64,000 nucleotides of DNA, from positions 6,947-70,946 of the forward strand of contig JANNVX010000032.1 in the NCBI GenBank assembly GCA_031414595.1, given 5' to 3'. The DNA comes from Deinococcales bacterium. Its GTDB lineage: Bacteria > Deinococcota > Deinococci > Deinococcales > JAAFIG01. The translations under genes and the position numbers were made by a program. This document shows positions 1-8,849 of this stretch, piece after piece; the stretch's first letter is position 1, and the number at the start of each line of letters is the position of its first letter. The notes beneath the pieces are model-generated. The model saw only the letters and a program-made list of their open reading frames with translations. It was not told where the DNA came from and searched no databases.

Positions 1-282
1 TTCCTTCGATTCTTTAAGCCTTCCGACCCGCTTGGATGGAATGGATCAAATTGTGGATATTCAGGGGTTTCGATCTCATTTGATGCTGTTGAAGTCCAAT
101 CGTTCTTTGCATGGCTGGGGCTTTAATAGTTATCAACAAGTTGCTTGTAGTTCTGATACAACTATTCCTTTTCCTAGCCTCATTCTTGGGATAACTTGGT
201 GAGATCATGATTTCAGTTCTGATTCCAGCCGCAGGAAGCGGCGAACGCCTCGGCTTAGGCGCTAAAGCATTAGGCAGTATTT

Positions 283-633
283 ATGATTAAGTCTGAGCAT
301 CCAGCAGGTGAACCAATCGCCTTTAAGCTCTTGCAAGGCTTTTTGTGGCATCCTAAAACCCTCGAGACAGTCACACTACCCACCGAATTACCTTCAGGGG
401 CGCTGATTGTCATGGACACGATAGAAGCACCGTTTGCGTTCTTTGAAGATGGCACTTGGACAGGGACTCAGGTCTTTTATCAACTGACGATTCTCGAGAT
501 TTTTGATGATTGGCTCGAGAATTCGGTGATTGCGGCTAGGGCAGTGCTTGCTTCAAACGAACTTACACCAATTCTTAATGCCACGCCAGTTGGTGTGGGT
601 TGGAGTTTATCCGAAGATTTACGTCCAGCTTAG
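283..633 (+). CDS. hypothetical acidic protein (116 aa)
   Basis: Uninterrupted ORF with a plausible composition. No motif recognised. Confidence 0.3.
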   Translation: MIKSEHPAGEPIAFKLLQGFLWHPKTLETVTLPTELPSGALIVMDTIEAPFAFFEDGTWTGTQVFYQLTILEIFDDWLENSVIAARAVLASNELTPILNATPVGVGWSLSEDLRPA

Positions 634-653
634 GTTGAAGCTCTACCCTCAGC

Positions 654-1067
654 TTAGGTTGAAGCTCTACTTTCTTTTTGTCGGGCTTCAACAATTTCTC
701 TGGTCGGGACTCGAGTCCAAACGTACCAAATGCCAATGCAGCCAAGCACAACCGTACCGATTTTTGCGACCAGTGGTGGGGCGATGATTGCGCTGATGGT
801 ACAAGAAGTGGCAATCATACAAAGCACCAAAATTTTGGTGCGGCGTTTCATGCCCAGTCCAGTGCGGTAATCTTTGACCATTTGCCCGATGACAGGTAGG
901 TTCAAAACCCATGTTTCAAAGCGTGGACTCGAGCGGGCAAAACAAGCCGCCGCCGCCACAAAAAACACTGTTCCAGGCATAACGGGTAAGTAATAGCCAA
1001 TAAAACCCAAAACCACGCAAACCCATCCAGCCGCGAACCATAACCAACGAGTGGGTGAGTTAGTCAT
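654..1067 (-). CDS. DUF454/YbaN-family inner membrane protein
   Basis: 137 aa, 3-4 TM helices. The YLPVMPGT...FF motif region is typical of YbaN/DUF454. Confidence 0.5.
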   Translation of the reverse strand: MTNSPTRWLWFAAGWVCVVLGFIGYYLPVMPGTVFFVAAAACFARSSPRFETWVLNLPVIGQMVKDYRTGLGMKRRTKILVLCMIATSCTISAIIAPPLVAKIGTVVLGCIGIWYVWTRVPTREIVEARQKESRAST

Positions 1068-1106
1068 TGGCTTAGCTTTTCCCTTTCCGGTTGGATAAAC
1101 GTCCCA

Positions 1107-1730
1107 TTATGGGTTTTGTGGGTCTGGTCGTTGTGGCATAAAAAACCACCGCTGCATACCTTCGGTGTAACCATTGCGAATTTCTGCGTAACGATTGCCG
1201 TTGCGTTTGGTAAAATAGGCAGTCAAGACATTCCAACCCTTTTGAAATTTCACATCTGAAACTTGTCGTCCTTCGCCAAAAATACAATCTTCTTTGATAA
1301 AACCTGTTCGATTGGCATAAAACCAAGCGGTTAATTTCAGGTCGCCTTGGTCAATTGCAGCTTCAAAATCGTTATTTGGAATTCGCCGACTGGTGTGCAT
1401 CATTTGTCCAATTACTCCAGAGTCATCCTTTACAATCACCGAGGCAATCGTTCCTAGTCGTAAACCAGCCGTTGCATCGCCACACGAATCATCAACTATT
1501 GGAGGCGATAGGGCATCTTCGGATAGCGTTTGAGGCAATTCAAAACTAAATTTTTTGTTTGCACCTATAGAACCTGCTTTTAGGGCAGTCTCGAGGTCAT
1601 TAAAACCATCTAAGCCAACGTATAAATCTGCCGCGCCTCCTCGGTAATCTAGGGCTTTACCTTTCCAAACCAAATTATCTGCCAGTACCGAGATTGCAAA
1701 AATCAAGATTAAGAATATCGCTCGAATCAT
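1107..1730 (-). CDS. secreted hypothetical protein
   Basis: N-terminal signal peptide MIRAIFLILIFAISVLA, 207 aa. Divergent from the amidohydrolase gene. Confidence 0.45.
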   Translation of the reverse strand: MIRAIFLILIFAISVLADNLVWKGKALDYRGGAADLYVGLDGFNDLETALKAGSIGANKKFSFELPQTLSEDALSPPIVDDSCGDATAGLRLGTIASVIVKDDSGVIGQMMHTSRRIPNNDFEAAIDQGDLKLTAWFYANRTGFIKEDCIFGEGRQVSDVKFQKGWNVLTAYFTKRNGNRYAEIRNGYTEGMQRWFFMPQRPDPQNP

Positions 1731-1753
1731 ACAAACAGATTACAATAGTTTTT

Positions 1754-3052
1754 ATGTTTGATTTGATTATTCGGGCTAAAAACATCCAGATTGGAATTGA
1801 GTCTGGTAAAATCGTCGGTCTCGAGGCTGAAATAACCAGCCCTAGCAAGTCTGAACTTAATTTTCTCGAGCTTGATGCAGTTCCAGCCGTAATTGATACC
1901 CATGTCCATTTTAACGAACCCGGAAACGAAGATTGGGAGGGCATTCAAACTGGCTCGAGTGCCTTAGCGGTCGGTGGCGGAACGGTTTTTATTGACATGC
2001 CACTCAATTCGATTCCAGTCACCACAACCAAAGCAGCCCTAACTACCAAACTCGAGTGCTTAGCCCAAAAATCCATCACTGATTATGCAGTCTGGGGTGG
2101 TTTAACCCCCGATAGTTTGCCACATCTCGAGGCAATGGCAATGGCTGGTGTGATTGGCTTTAAGGCATTTATGAGCGGCAGTGGATTGCCAGAATTTGAA
2201 CGTTCTGACGAAGAAACGTTACTCGAGGGTATGCAAATTGCGGCAGCCTTGGGCTTACCTGTAGCGGTTCATGCCGAATCTGAGCGCATCACCAGTGCCT
2301 TGAGTAAAGCTGCCAAAGTGATGGGTAAAACAGGCATCCGAGATTACTTGGATTCACGTCCGATAGAAGCCGAACTCGAGGCGATCAAAAGTGCAATTGC
2401 AATTGCTGAACAGACCAATTGTGCGCTTCACATCGTCCATATCTCAAGTGCGGCGGGTGTAGAGCTTATAACCGAAGCCAAAGCCAGAGGTGTGAATGTC
2501 ACCGCCGAAACATGCCCGCATTATTTGTGGTTTTCTGAATCCGACCTAGAACGCCTTGGGGCGGTGCTAAAATGTGCGCCTCCTGTTCGCAGGGCTGAAG
2601 AACTCGAGCAGCTTTGGGGCGTGTTTGAACAAATTGATATTCTTGGTTCTGACCACTCGCCTGCCCCGCCGAGCATGAAAACTGATTTGGATTTTTTTAA
2701 GATTTGGGGCGGTATTTCCGGGGTGCAAAGTACCTTAGAGGTGATGATGACTGCTTCTCAGGCTCGAGGCATCCCACTGGCAGCCTTGCATCAAAAACTC
2801 AGTGCTAACCCTGCCAAGCGCTTTGGTTTACAAAACAAAGGGCAACTTGCAATCGGATTTGATGCCGACATTGCCTTGGTTCAGACAATACCGTACACCC
2901 TCGAGAAAACCGATTTGCACTACCGCCATGCACAAAGCCCGTACCTTGGAGCAAGTCTTTCGGCTCGAGTCAAGCGGACTTTTTTGCGTGGCAATACAAT
3001 TTGGGACGGTCAGCAACTTCATAGAGTCCAAGTAAGTTTTTTGCGACCCTGA
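1754..3052 (+). CDS. allB: cyclic amidohydrolase, allantoinase/dihydropyrimidinase family
   Basis: Start trimmed to MFDLII. Metal-binding motif DTHVHFNEPG...WEG, and overall similarity to AllB over ~430 aa. Confidence 0.65.
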   Translation: MFDLIIRAKNIQIGIESGKIVGLEAEITSPSKSELNFLELDAVPAVIDTHVHFNEPGNEDWEGIQTGSSALAVGGGTVFIDMPLNSIPVTTTKAALTTKLECLAQKSITDYAVWGGLTPDSLPHLEAMAMAGVIGFKAFMSGSGLPEFERSDEETLLEGMQIAAALGLPVAVHAESERITSALSKAAKVMGKTGIRDYLDSRPIEAELEAIKSAIAIAEQTNCALHIVHISSAAGVELITEAKARGVNVTAETCPHYLWFSESDLERLGAVLKCAPPVRRAEELEQLWGVFEQIDILGSDHSPAPPSMKTDLDFFKIWGGISGVQSTLEVMMTASQARGIPLAALHQKLSANPAKRFGLQNKGQLAIGFDADIALVQTIPYTLEKTDLHYRHAQSPYLGASLSARVKRTFLRGNTIWDGQQLHRVQVSFLRP

Positions 3053-3090
3053 ACAATGTTTTTGTGGTCAAAACCGATTACAATTGACTT

Positions 3091-3633
3091 ATGCGATTTC
3101 TTTTTTTAATCCTAATGCTTTTCGGCTTCTCGAGTTTCACGCTGGCGCAGGATTTCTCGAGCAGCGCGGCATTGAACAGTCTAGCGGCTGTTTCGCAAAC
3201 AATCTCAAGGCTTGACCCACCTGTTTTAATGGCTCGAGATTGGGTCTTTGGCGGTTTAGAAGCTGGTTTTGCTGGTCGCACCGTCTCAACGCGCTTACTG
3301 CTTTGGTCGTTGCCGTGGATGGGCGCAAGTATCCTTGGTTTAACCCTAACCACCGATGACAAAGCCAAGGGGTTTTGGAGCATGAGCGGCGCTTGGGGAT
3401 TTATCAATAGTGCGATTGCAATGATTGGTTTTCTGACCCCAGAATCAGACCTCGAGAGCTTACGGAATTTACTGCTGATTAACGCTGGTGTAGATGTGCT
3501 GTACATCGCGGCGGGTGCGTACATGTTGTCTCGAGCCGAAGCCTATTGGCAGGGAGCAGGTTGGGGCGTGATTTTACAAGGTACTTTTTTATTGGTTTTT
3601 GATTTATGGCAGGGTTTGGCAATTCGGTTTTGA
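3091..3633 (+). CDS. hypothetical membrane protein
   Basis: Signal-like N-terminus and several hydrophobic helices. 180 aa. Confidence 0.4.
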   Translation: MRFLFLILMLFGFSSFTLAQDFSSSAALNSLAAVSQTISRLDPPVLMARDWVFGGLEAGFAGRTVSTRLLLWSLPWMGASILGLTLTTDDKAKGFWSMSGAWGFINSAIAMIGFLTPESDLESLRNLLLINAGVDVLYIAAGAYMLSRAEAYWQGAGWGVILQGTFLLVFDLWQGLAIRF

Positions 3634-3667
3634 CTCAAAGCCCATAGCCCAAAGCTCATAGCCCAAC
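3634..3667. repeat. left copy of a ~34-bp inverted repeat pair (CTCAAAGCCCATAGCNCAAAGCNCATAGC)
   Basis: About 90% identical to the reverse complement of 13617-13651. Abuts the stop codons of two convergent genes. Confidence 0.5.
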
Positions 3668-4098
3668 TATGGAATCACATATATCCCATCGCTGCGAGCC
3701 TCGAGCTTAAAGGCTGGTAATGGCTTGGCGGCTGGACCTTGAATCACTGCACCTGTTTCTAAGTTAAACAAACTGCCGTGGCAAGGGCAACCAAGTTGAT
3801 TATTGACGGGTGCGCTGACTCCACAGCCAACATGGGTGCAAACCGTAGAACGAGCAATTAAATGGATTTCGCCTTGGCTGATGCCAGCCGCTTGTGGTTT
3901 GGCAACCCTTGCAATAATGGCTGGATTGGTCTCGAGATTGAGGTTCTTAAAACTACCAACACTGGGAAATTCGCTTAAAGTCGCTACTTTTATGCCCGCT
4001 TGGGCTAGACTCGCTCCGGGGTTTTCTCGGATTGGCATACAGCCAGTCGCACCAATTGCTCCAATTGTAACTAGGGCTTCTCGTCTGGTGATTTTCAT
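3667..4098 (-). CDS. Rieske [2Fe-2S] protein with Tat signal
   Basis: Twin-arginine N-terminus MKITRREAL. Rieske boxes CTHVGC and CPCHGS. Confidence 0.75.
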   Translation of the reverse strand: MKITRREALVTIGAIGATGCMPIRENPGASLAQAGIKVATLSEFPSVGSFKNLNLETNPAIIARVAKPQAAGISQGEIHLIARSTVCTHVGCGVSAPVNNQLGCPCHGSLFNLETGAVIQGPAAKPLPAFKLEARSDGIYVIP

Positions 4099-4315
4099 AA
4101 TTCATTGTCGCACAGGCTTTCGTGAGTATTTTTTGCAACCAAGAGTCAATTGTCTCCTACCATTCAATTTTCTGTTGTCATCAAAGGCGTATGGGACAAT
4201 TCTCTGGTTGTTGCACAGTGTTGTAATTCGTATGCTGTTGCGTAATCTGCTGAACATAAGGCTGAGGTCGTCTACCTGACATAAGGTTGTTGGGGTTTCT
4301 CGAGGAGGAAGGCTG

Positions 4316-5767
4316 GTGGGTATGAGTATGCTCGAATCTGTGCGTGATCGTTTGTTTCCTGATACTCCAGACGGGTCGGCAAAGCTGTGGCTTACGTCGT
4401 CTGTGGTCTGGGGGGTTATTGGCATGACCTTTGGTGTGTTCATGGCAATTTTGTTTGTCTTTCCAGAATTCACCAAAGGTGTGCCGTGGTTGTCGTTTAG
4501 TCGGATTCGTCCGTCACACGTCAACACCGTGGTGATGTCTTGGGTTTCGATGGCAAGCATTGGCTCGATGTTTTATATGTTGCCGCGCTTATTAAAGACT
4601 CCACTGGTTTCTGAGCGTCTGGGTACGGCGGTCGGTTGGTCTTGGAACGCCTTTGCCATCTGTATTCCGCTAACACTCTTAAATGGACTATCGGAAGGGC
4701 GCGAGTGGGCGGAGCTTGTTTGGTGGATGGATTGGTGGATGTTGATTAACCTTGGCTTGGTCGGTTATTTAACCTTTGCGACTGTGGCAAGACGCACCGA
4801 ACCACAATTGTACGTCTCGGTTTGGTATTGGATGGGTTCGATGGTTGGCATGACCTTGGTCTGGATTGTTGGCAACCGAACTTTTGTACCACTAGACGGA
4901 CTTAACGATGCGATTGCCAATTGGTTCTATGCCCACGATGTATTAGGATTATGGATTACCACCATGGGCATTGGAATTATTTACTACCTGTTGCCAAAAC
5001 TAACGGCTGGCAAGAATGGCGAACCGGGCAACCCTGTCTTTAGCCATAAAATGTCCTTGATTGGGTTCTGGGGAAATTTTGCCTTCTACACGGGTATTGG
5101 GGCGCATCACATTATTCAGTCGCCAGTTCCAGAATGGCTTAAAGCCTTTGCGATTGCCTCGAGTGTTTTAATGAGCATTCCAGTCTACTCGGCAAGTGCC
5201 AATTTTTTCTTAAGCACCCAAGGGCGTTGGGAGAACTTGGCTTGGAATTTACCGCTTCGATTTGTAACCTTTGGCTGGATTATGTACGCGCTCTCGAGTT
5301 TTCAGGGCAGTTTACAAGCAGTGCGTTCAATCAACTGGTATCAGCACTTCACGGGAATTGTCAGCGCTCACGCCCATTTAGCCATGCTTGGTGGCTTTAG
5401 CGTGGTGTTGTTTGCTAGTATTTATTACTGTATTCCGCGTCTTTACAAAGTCGAGTGGTACTCTAAAAAACTCGTGGTGGTGCATTTTTGGACGTTTACG
5501 GTTTCGTTTGTAATGTTCTTTTTGGTCTGGACAACCATGGGCTTTGTACAAGCCACCAGTTGGGTCATGGGGATTAACGTCCAACAAACCGTGCCATTTT
5601 TACAACCGTTTACCTTCACCCGCATGATTGCCGCGTTAGCGATGATTTTTTCGGTTTATATTTTTGCCTATAACGTGCTGCAAACTGTGCGGAGCGCTAA
5701 ACGTCAAGAGGCTTTTTCCGGAGCCAGAATTCCTTCAGCAGTTGCGCCTGCTGCGGCGGATGATTAG
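4316..5767 (+). CDS. ccoN: cbb3-type haem-copper oxidase subunit I (CcoN-like)
   Basis: 483 aa polytopic protein. His-ligand motifs GAHH and HAH are present. Followed by CcoO. SD GGAGGAAGG lies upstream. Confidence 0.75.
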   Translation: MGMSMLESVRDRLFPDTPDGSAKLWLTSSVVWGVIGMTFGVFMAILFVFPEFTKGVPWLSFSRIRPSHVNTVVMSWVSMASIGSMFYMLPRLLKTPLVSERLGTAVGWSWNAFAICIPLTLLNGLSEGREWAELVWWMDWWMLINLGLVGYLTFATVARRTEPQLYVSVWYWMGSMVGMTLVWIVGNRTFVPLDGLNDAIANWFYAHDVLGLWITTMGIGIIYYLLPKLTAGKNGEPGNPVFSHKMSLIGFWGNFAFYTGIGAHHIIQSPVPEWLKAFAIASSVLMSIPVYSASANFFLSTQGRWENLAWNLPLRFVTFGWIMYALSSFQGSLQAVRSINWYQHFTGIVSAHAHLAMLGGFSVVLFASIYYCIPRLYKVEWYSKKLVVVHFWTFTVSFVMFFLVWTTMGFVQATSWVMGINVQQTVPFLQPFTFTRMIAALAMIFSVYIFAYNVLQTVRSAKRQEAFSGARIPSAVAPAAADD

Positions 5768-5775
5768 GAGTTTTT

Positions 5776-6699
5776 ATGCTGAATCCTAAGAATGCAATTA
5801 TCGGGCTGATGTTTATGCTCCTTGTGACTGGTGTGACCAGTTTGGTGGTCGTCGTACCCGCCGCAACTTTTAATCCTGAGCCATCAGTTGGTTTACGCAA
5901 TTACACCGAAGCCGAGTTGCGTGGGCGCGAAGTTTTTAAGCGCGAGAACTGCTATGTTTGCCATAGTCAATTTGTGCGTTTTCAAGACGAAGGTGTTGGT
6001 CCAACTTCGCAAGCTGGCGACTTTGCCTACGACAATTCAAACTTGCTCGGCACGCTGCGAAATGGTCCGGATTTGACCTATGAAGGCGGCTTATACCCGG
6101 ACGAATGGCACATTGGGCATCTAAAAGCGCCGCGTTCGTACTTACCGGGCAGCTATATGCCAAGTTACAGTTACTTAGACTCTAAAGACATCAAAGACCT
6201 TGTGGCATTTATCCAAAGCCTTGGGACACGCAATACACGAGCTTGGGACACCAAAGATGTCAATGTCCCAGAAAAGTACCGCAATCTCGAGTCTCCACTT
6301 GGTCAGACGGCAGCAAATATCGGGGCTGGGCGTGGTATTTACAACCAGAATTGCTCGGCTTGTCACGGCTTTGAGGGTCGGGCAGATGTGCCTTTGGCAA
6401 AAATGTTCTATCCAAAACCAGCCGCCAATTTCCATTTGCCTCGTTATAAAGATTTTACCGACGGACACTGGTTTAATAAAGTCGCAAGGGGCGTACCGGG
6501 AACTCGGATGCCGCGCTGGGACCAAATTCTCAATTCTGAGCAAATGTGGTATGTCGTCACCTACCTAAAGTCTTTAGCAGCAGACCAAGACCTTGTGCCG
6601 AAAGCGGGACGGGAAAAGTATTACGACAAGTCAGTTTTGCAACCCGGAACAATCAAGAAAAAGTACGAAGGCGCACCTAAAGCGGGCGGTGGTCACTAA
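5776..6699 (+). CDS. ccoO: CcoO-like monohaem subunit fused to a second c-type cytochrome domain
   Basis: N-terminal TM helix. First CYVCHSQ...GPDL...MPSY region matches the FixO/CcoO pattern. A second CSACH haem motif sits in the C-terminal half. Confidence 0.7.
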   Translation: MLNPKNAIIGLMFMLLVTGVTSLVVVVPAATFNPEPSVGLRNYTEAELRGREVFKRENCYVCHSQFVRFQDEGVGPTSQAGDFAYDNSNLLGTLRNGPDLTYEGGLYPDEWHIGHLKAPRSYLPGSYMPSYSYLDSKDIKDLVAFIQSLGTRNTRAWDTKDVNVPEKYRNLESPLGQTAANIGAGRGIYNQNCSACHGFEGRADVPLAKMFYPKPAANFHLPRYKDFTDGHWFNKVARGVPGTRMPRWDQILNSEQMWYVVTYLKSLAADQDLVPKAGREKYYDKSVLQPGTIKKKYEGAPKAGGGH

Positions 6700-6992
6700 T
6701 GAAACATTTGGCTCGAGCCTTGGTTCTTGCTTGTTTCTCGAGTTTGGCATTTGCCGACCATGTGCCGGGCGTTGGCTTAAATTACAGTGGAACTTGGGTG
6801 GTGTTGATTGCTGTTGGTGTGATTTTTTCGCTTTTGATTTTGTCTTTGTTGTGGGCAGTTTTAGATGGGCAATTTCAGAATTCTGAACGGGTTAAATTTG
6901 CAGTGGCAGAGGTTAATGAAACCGATTTTATTCCGAGTATTGAGCGTCCGCAAGGCAATCTGGGTATTCAACGTCCGCAAGGCAAGAGGTGA
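6699..6992 (+). CDS. small membrane protein with C-terminal ERPQGN repeat
   Basis: TAATG-coupled to ccoO. One TM helix. The DNA carries a tandem copy of CGTCCGCAAGGCAA. Confidence 0.4.
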   Translation: MKHLARALVLACFSSLAFADHVPGVGLNYSGTWVVLIAVGVIFSLLILSLLWAVLDGQFQNSERVKFAVAEVNETDFIPSIERPQGNLGIQRPQGKR

Positions 6993-6995
6993 GTT

Positions 6996-7154
6996 ATGGC
7001 AGAGCAGAATAAAGACAACCACGACGACAACCATACCCACGAAATTGCTGGTATTCAAGTTGGCGAGAAAAACGTGCCAACCTCAGTGATTGCTGTGATT
7101 ATTTTCATTGTCTTTTTCGCCTTAATTTCTTGGATTGCACCACAGGGGTTTTGA
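6996..7154 (+). CDS. 52-aa single-TM protein, FixP_N/CcoQ-like
   Basis: Not in the ORF track (<60 aa). HTHEIAGIQ...TM helix resembles the CcoP N-terminal segment. Its stop overlaps the start of the next gene (TGATG). Confidence 0.35.
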   Translation: MAEQNKDNHDDNHTHEIAGIQVGEKNVPTSVIAVIIFIVFFALISWIAPQGF

Positions 7155-8158
7155 TGAAAAAAATCATAACACTCTTTCTAATCTCGAGTTTAGCCGCTTG
7201 TAGCGTACCGAGTAACGCCAATAATCCAGCCAAAGAAGCCGCCAAAAAAGGGGTTTTGTACATTCGTGAAGGCGAAAAACCACTTGAATTAAAAGTCGAA
7301 GAAGGCGCATATGACTGGAAGTACCCGAAGTACCCCGAAGATTACAAAGTTGATTTGAGTAACCGCGACCAAAACAACCAAACTTATATGTCTGGGCGGG
7401 AAATCACTTACCGAGCCAAACCCGATGGTCAACATAAAATGGACACTGCCTTGGCAGAATTTGGTTCATATGCAGGTCCTTGGCTCGAGGGCGAAGAAGC
7501 CTTGCTCTTACCAGTAGCCAACCCCAATGTGGTACTGGGTGACGCTTTAATCAAGAGTTTGGGGGCAGAAATCAAGCCCGAAATGCTGCCGACACTCGAA
7601 GAAACCCCTTTTCAGGCATACTTAAAATTGCGTGAACTTGGTAAGGACACGGAAGGTCGTCACCGCACTGTAACCATCGAATTAACTGGTGTGACTAACC
7701 CTTCGAGTGGCAAGCCCGAAAATGCCGAGTACGATGTTCAACTTGATAAAGAGGCTTTATGGAGCATTGCTTACGCTTTGTACCGCAAAATTCAACCTGA
7801 CTTTAAGACCAGAATTCCAACTCGAGAAGACCCGAAAAAACTACTCGATGGCGCATTGATTTACGGCAATTGCAACATGTGTCACGGCTCGGATGGTTGG
7901 GGCTTGGGCAAGAGTGGTCATAAGTTGCAACCACACCCAGCCAATTTTCATGAGCCAAGGCGTTTGTTTAATCGTTCTGATGCCAAACTGCGTGAAGTCT
8001 TGAAGCACGGAATTTACGGAAGTGCCATGCCACCGTGGGGTGACATACTCTCTGAAAATGAAATTAACCATGTGGTGGCATATATTCGTTCTTTTTCGTA
8101 CAGTCTCGAGCCACCAGTCTTGAATGTCAAACCACGTTTTAAGGGAGGTCAGCCATGA
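7154..8158 (+). CDS. lipoprotein with C-terminal monohaem cytochrome c domain (CcoP c-domain-like)
   Basis: Lipobox LAAC. CNMCH haem motif and a C-terminal cyt-c-like tail. Start trimmed to MKKIITL. Confidence 0.6.
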   Translation: MKKIITLFLISSLAACSVPSNANNPAKEAAKKGVLYIREGEKPLELKVEEGAYDWKYPKYPEDYKVDLSNRDQNNQTYMSGREITYRAKPDGQHKMDTALAEFGSYAGPWLEGEEALLLPVANPNVVLGDALIKSLGAEIKPEMLPTLEETPFQAYLKLRELGKDTEGRHRTVTIELTGVTNPSSGKPENAEYDVQLDKEALWSIAYALYRKIQPDFKTRIPTREDPKKLLDGALIYGNCNMCHGSDGWGLGKSGHKLQPHPANFHEPRRLFNRSDAKLREVLKHGIYGSAMPPWGDILSENEINHVVAYIRSFSYSLEPPVLNVKPRFKGGQP

Positions 8159-8183
8159 ACCTGACACTCAAGGGAGGTCAACC

Positions 8184-8837
8184 ATGATTGACCGCAGAAG
8201 TATCGTGAAAGGCATCACTATTTTGCCGCTTTTAGCTGTGGCTGGTGGGATTGGAACTGCCCTTTTATCGTTTCTTAAACCGACTTGGAAACCACTGGCT
8301 TTGCCTGTCACCGAAAAACCCTTAAATGAGGACAAAGTTGTTGGCACACTCGAGGAATTTGCTAAGGATTACGACTTTAAGGCGTTTGTATTCACGCAAA
8401 TTACCGTCGAATACACGGCTCGAGGGCGGGCGGCTACCGATGTGCTTGGTTATGCGGTTCGCATCCCCAATAACAGTTTAGCCGCCGCCGATGTGGGTGT
8501 TGGACCCAGTGGCTTACGCCGAGGCTACGGCGAAACTGATTACAATGGTCAAAAGTACAGCATTGTGGTGGTCTCAAGAATTTGCGCTCATTTGGGTTGT
8601 ATTTTTGAGTACCATCAACCTGCCGAAGTTTGTTCTGGCTTTAATTACTGTGGCGGCTCTACTCCAATGTTTTCTTGTCCGTGCCATTTATCGGTCTATG
8701 ACCCAGCCCAACAGCAAGATGTGGCTGGGGTTGGTAAATTACCCGGCAAGGTTGTCTCTGGTCCTGCGCCCCGCACTCCATTTCCTTTTGATTTTGAAAT
8801 TAAAGGCAATGAAATCATCGTCAAAAGCTACGGTTAA
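8184..8837 (+). CDS. Rieske iron-sulfur protein of a bc/b6f-type complex
   Basis: SD AGGGAGG then ATG. N-terminal TM helix. Rieske boxes CAHLGC and CPCHLS. Confidence 0.75.
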   Translation: MIDRRSIVKGITILPLLAVAGGIGTALLSFLKPTWKPLALPVTEKPLNEDKVVGTLEEFAKDYDFKAFVFTQITVEYTARGRAATDVLGYAVRIPNNSLAAADVGVGPSGLRRGYGETDYNGQKYSIVVVSRICAHLGCIFEYHQPAEVCSGFNYCGGSTPMFSCPCHLSVYDPAQQQDVAGVGKLPGKVVSGPAPRTPFPFDFEIKGNEIIVKSYG

Positions 8838-8849
8838 GGAGGAATACTT

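Noticed and set aside
14-208. 64-aa minus-strand ORF at the window start
   Set aside because: No RBS or motif. The region is more likely the 3' UTR or tail of a gene outside the window.
4099-4315. FNR/CRP-type operator in the divergent Rieske/ccoN intergenic region
   Set aside because: There are several TTG…CAA half-site-like strings, but none has the TTGAT-N4-ATCAA spacing. It is not called.
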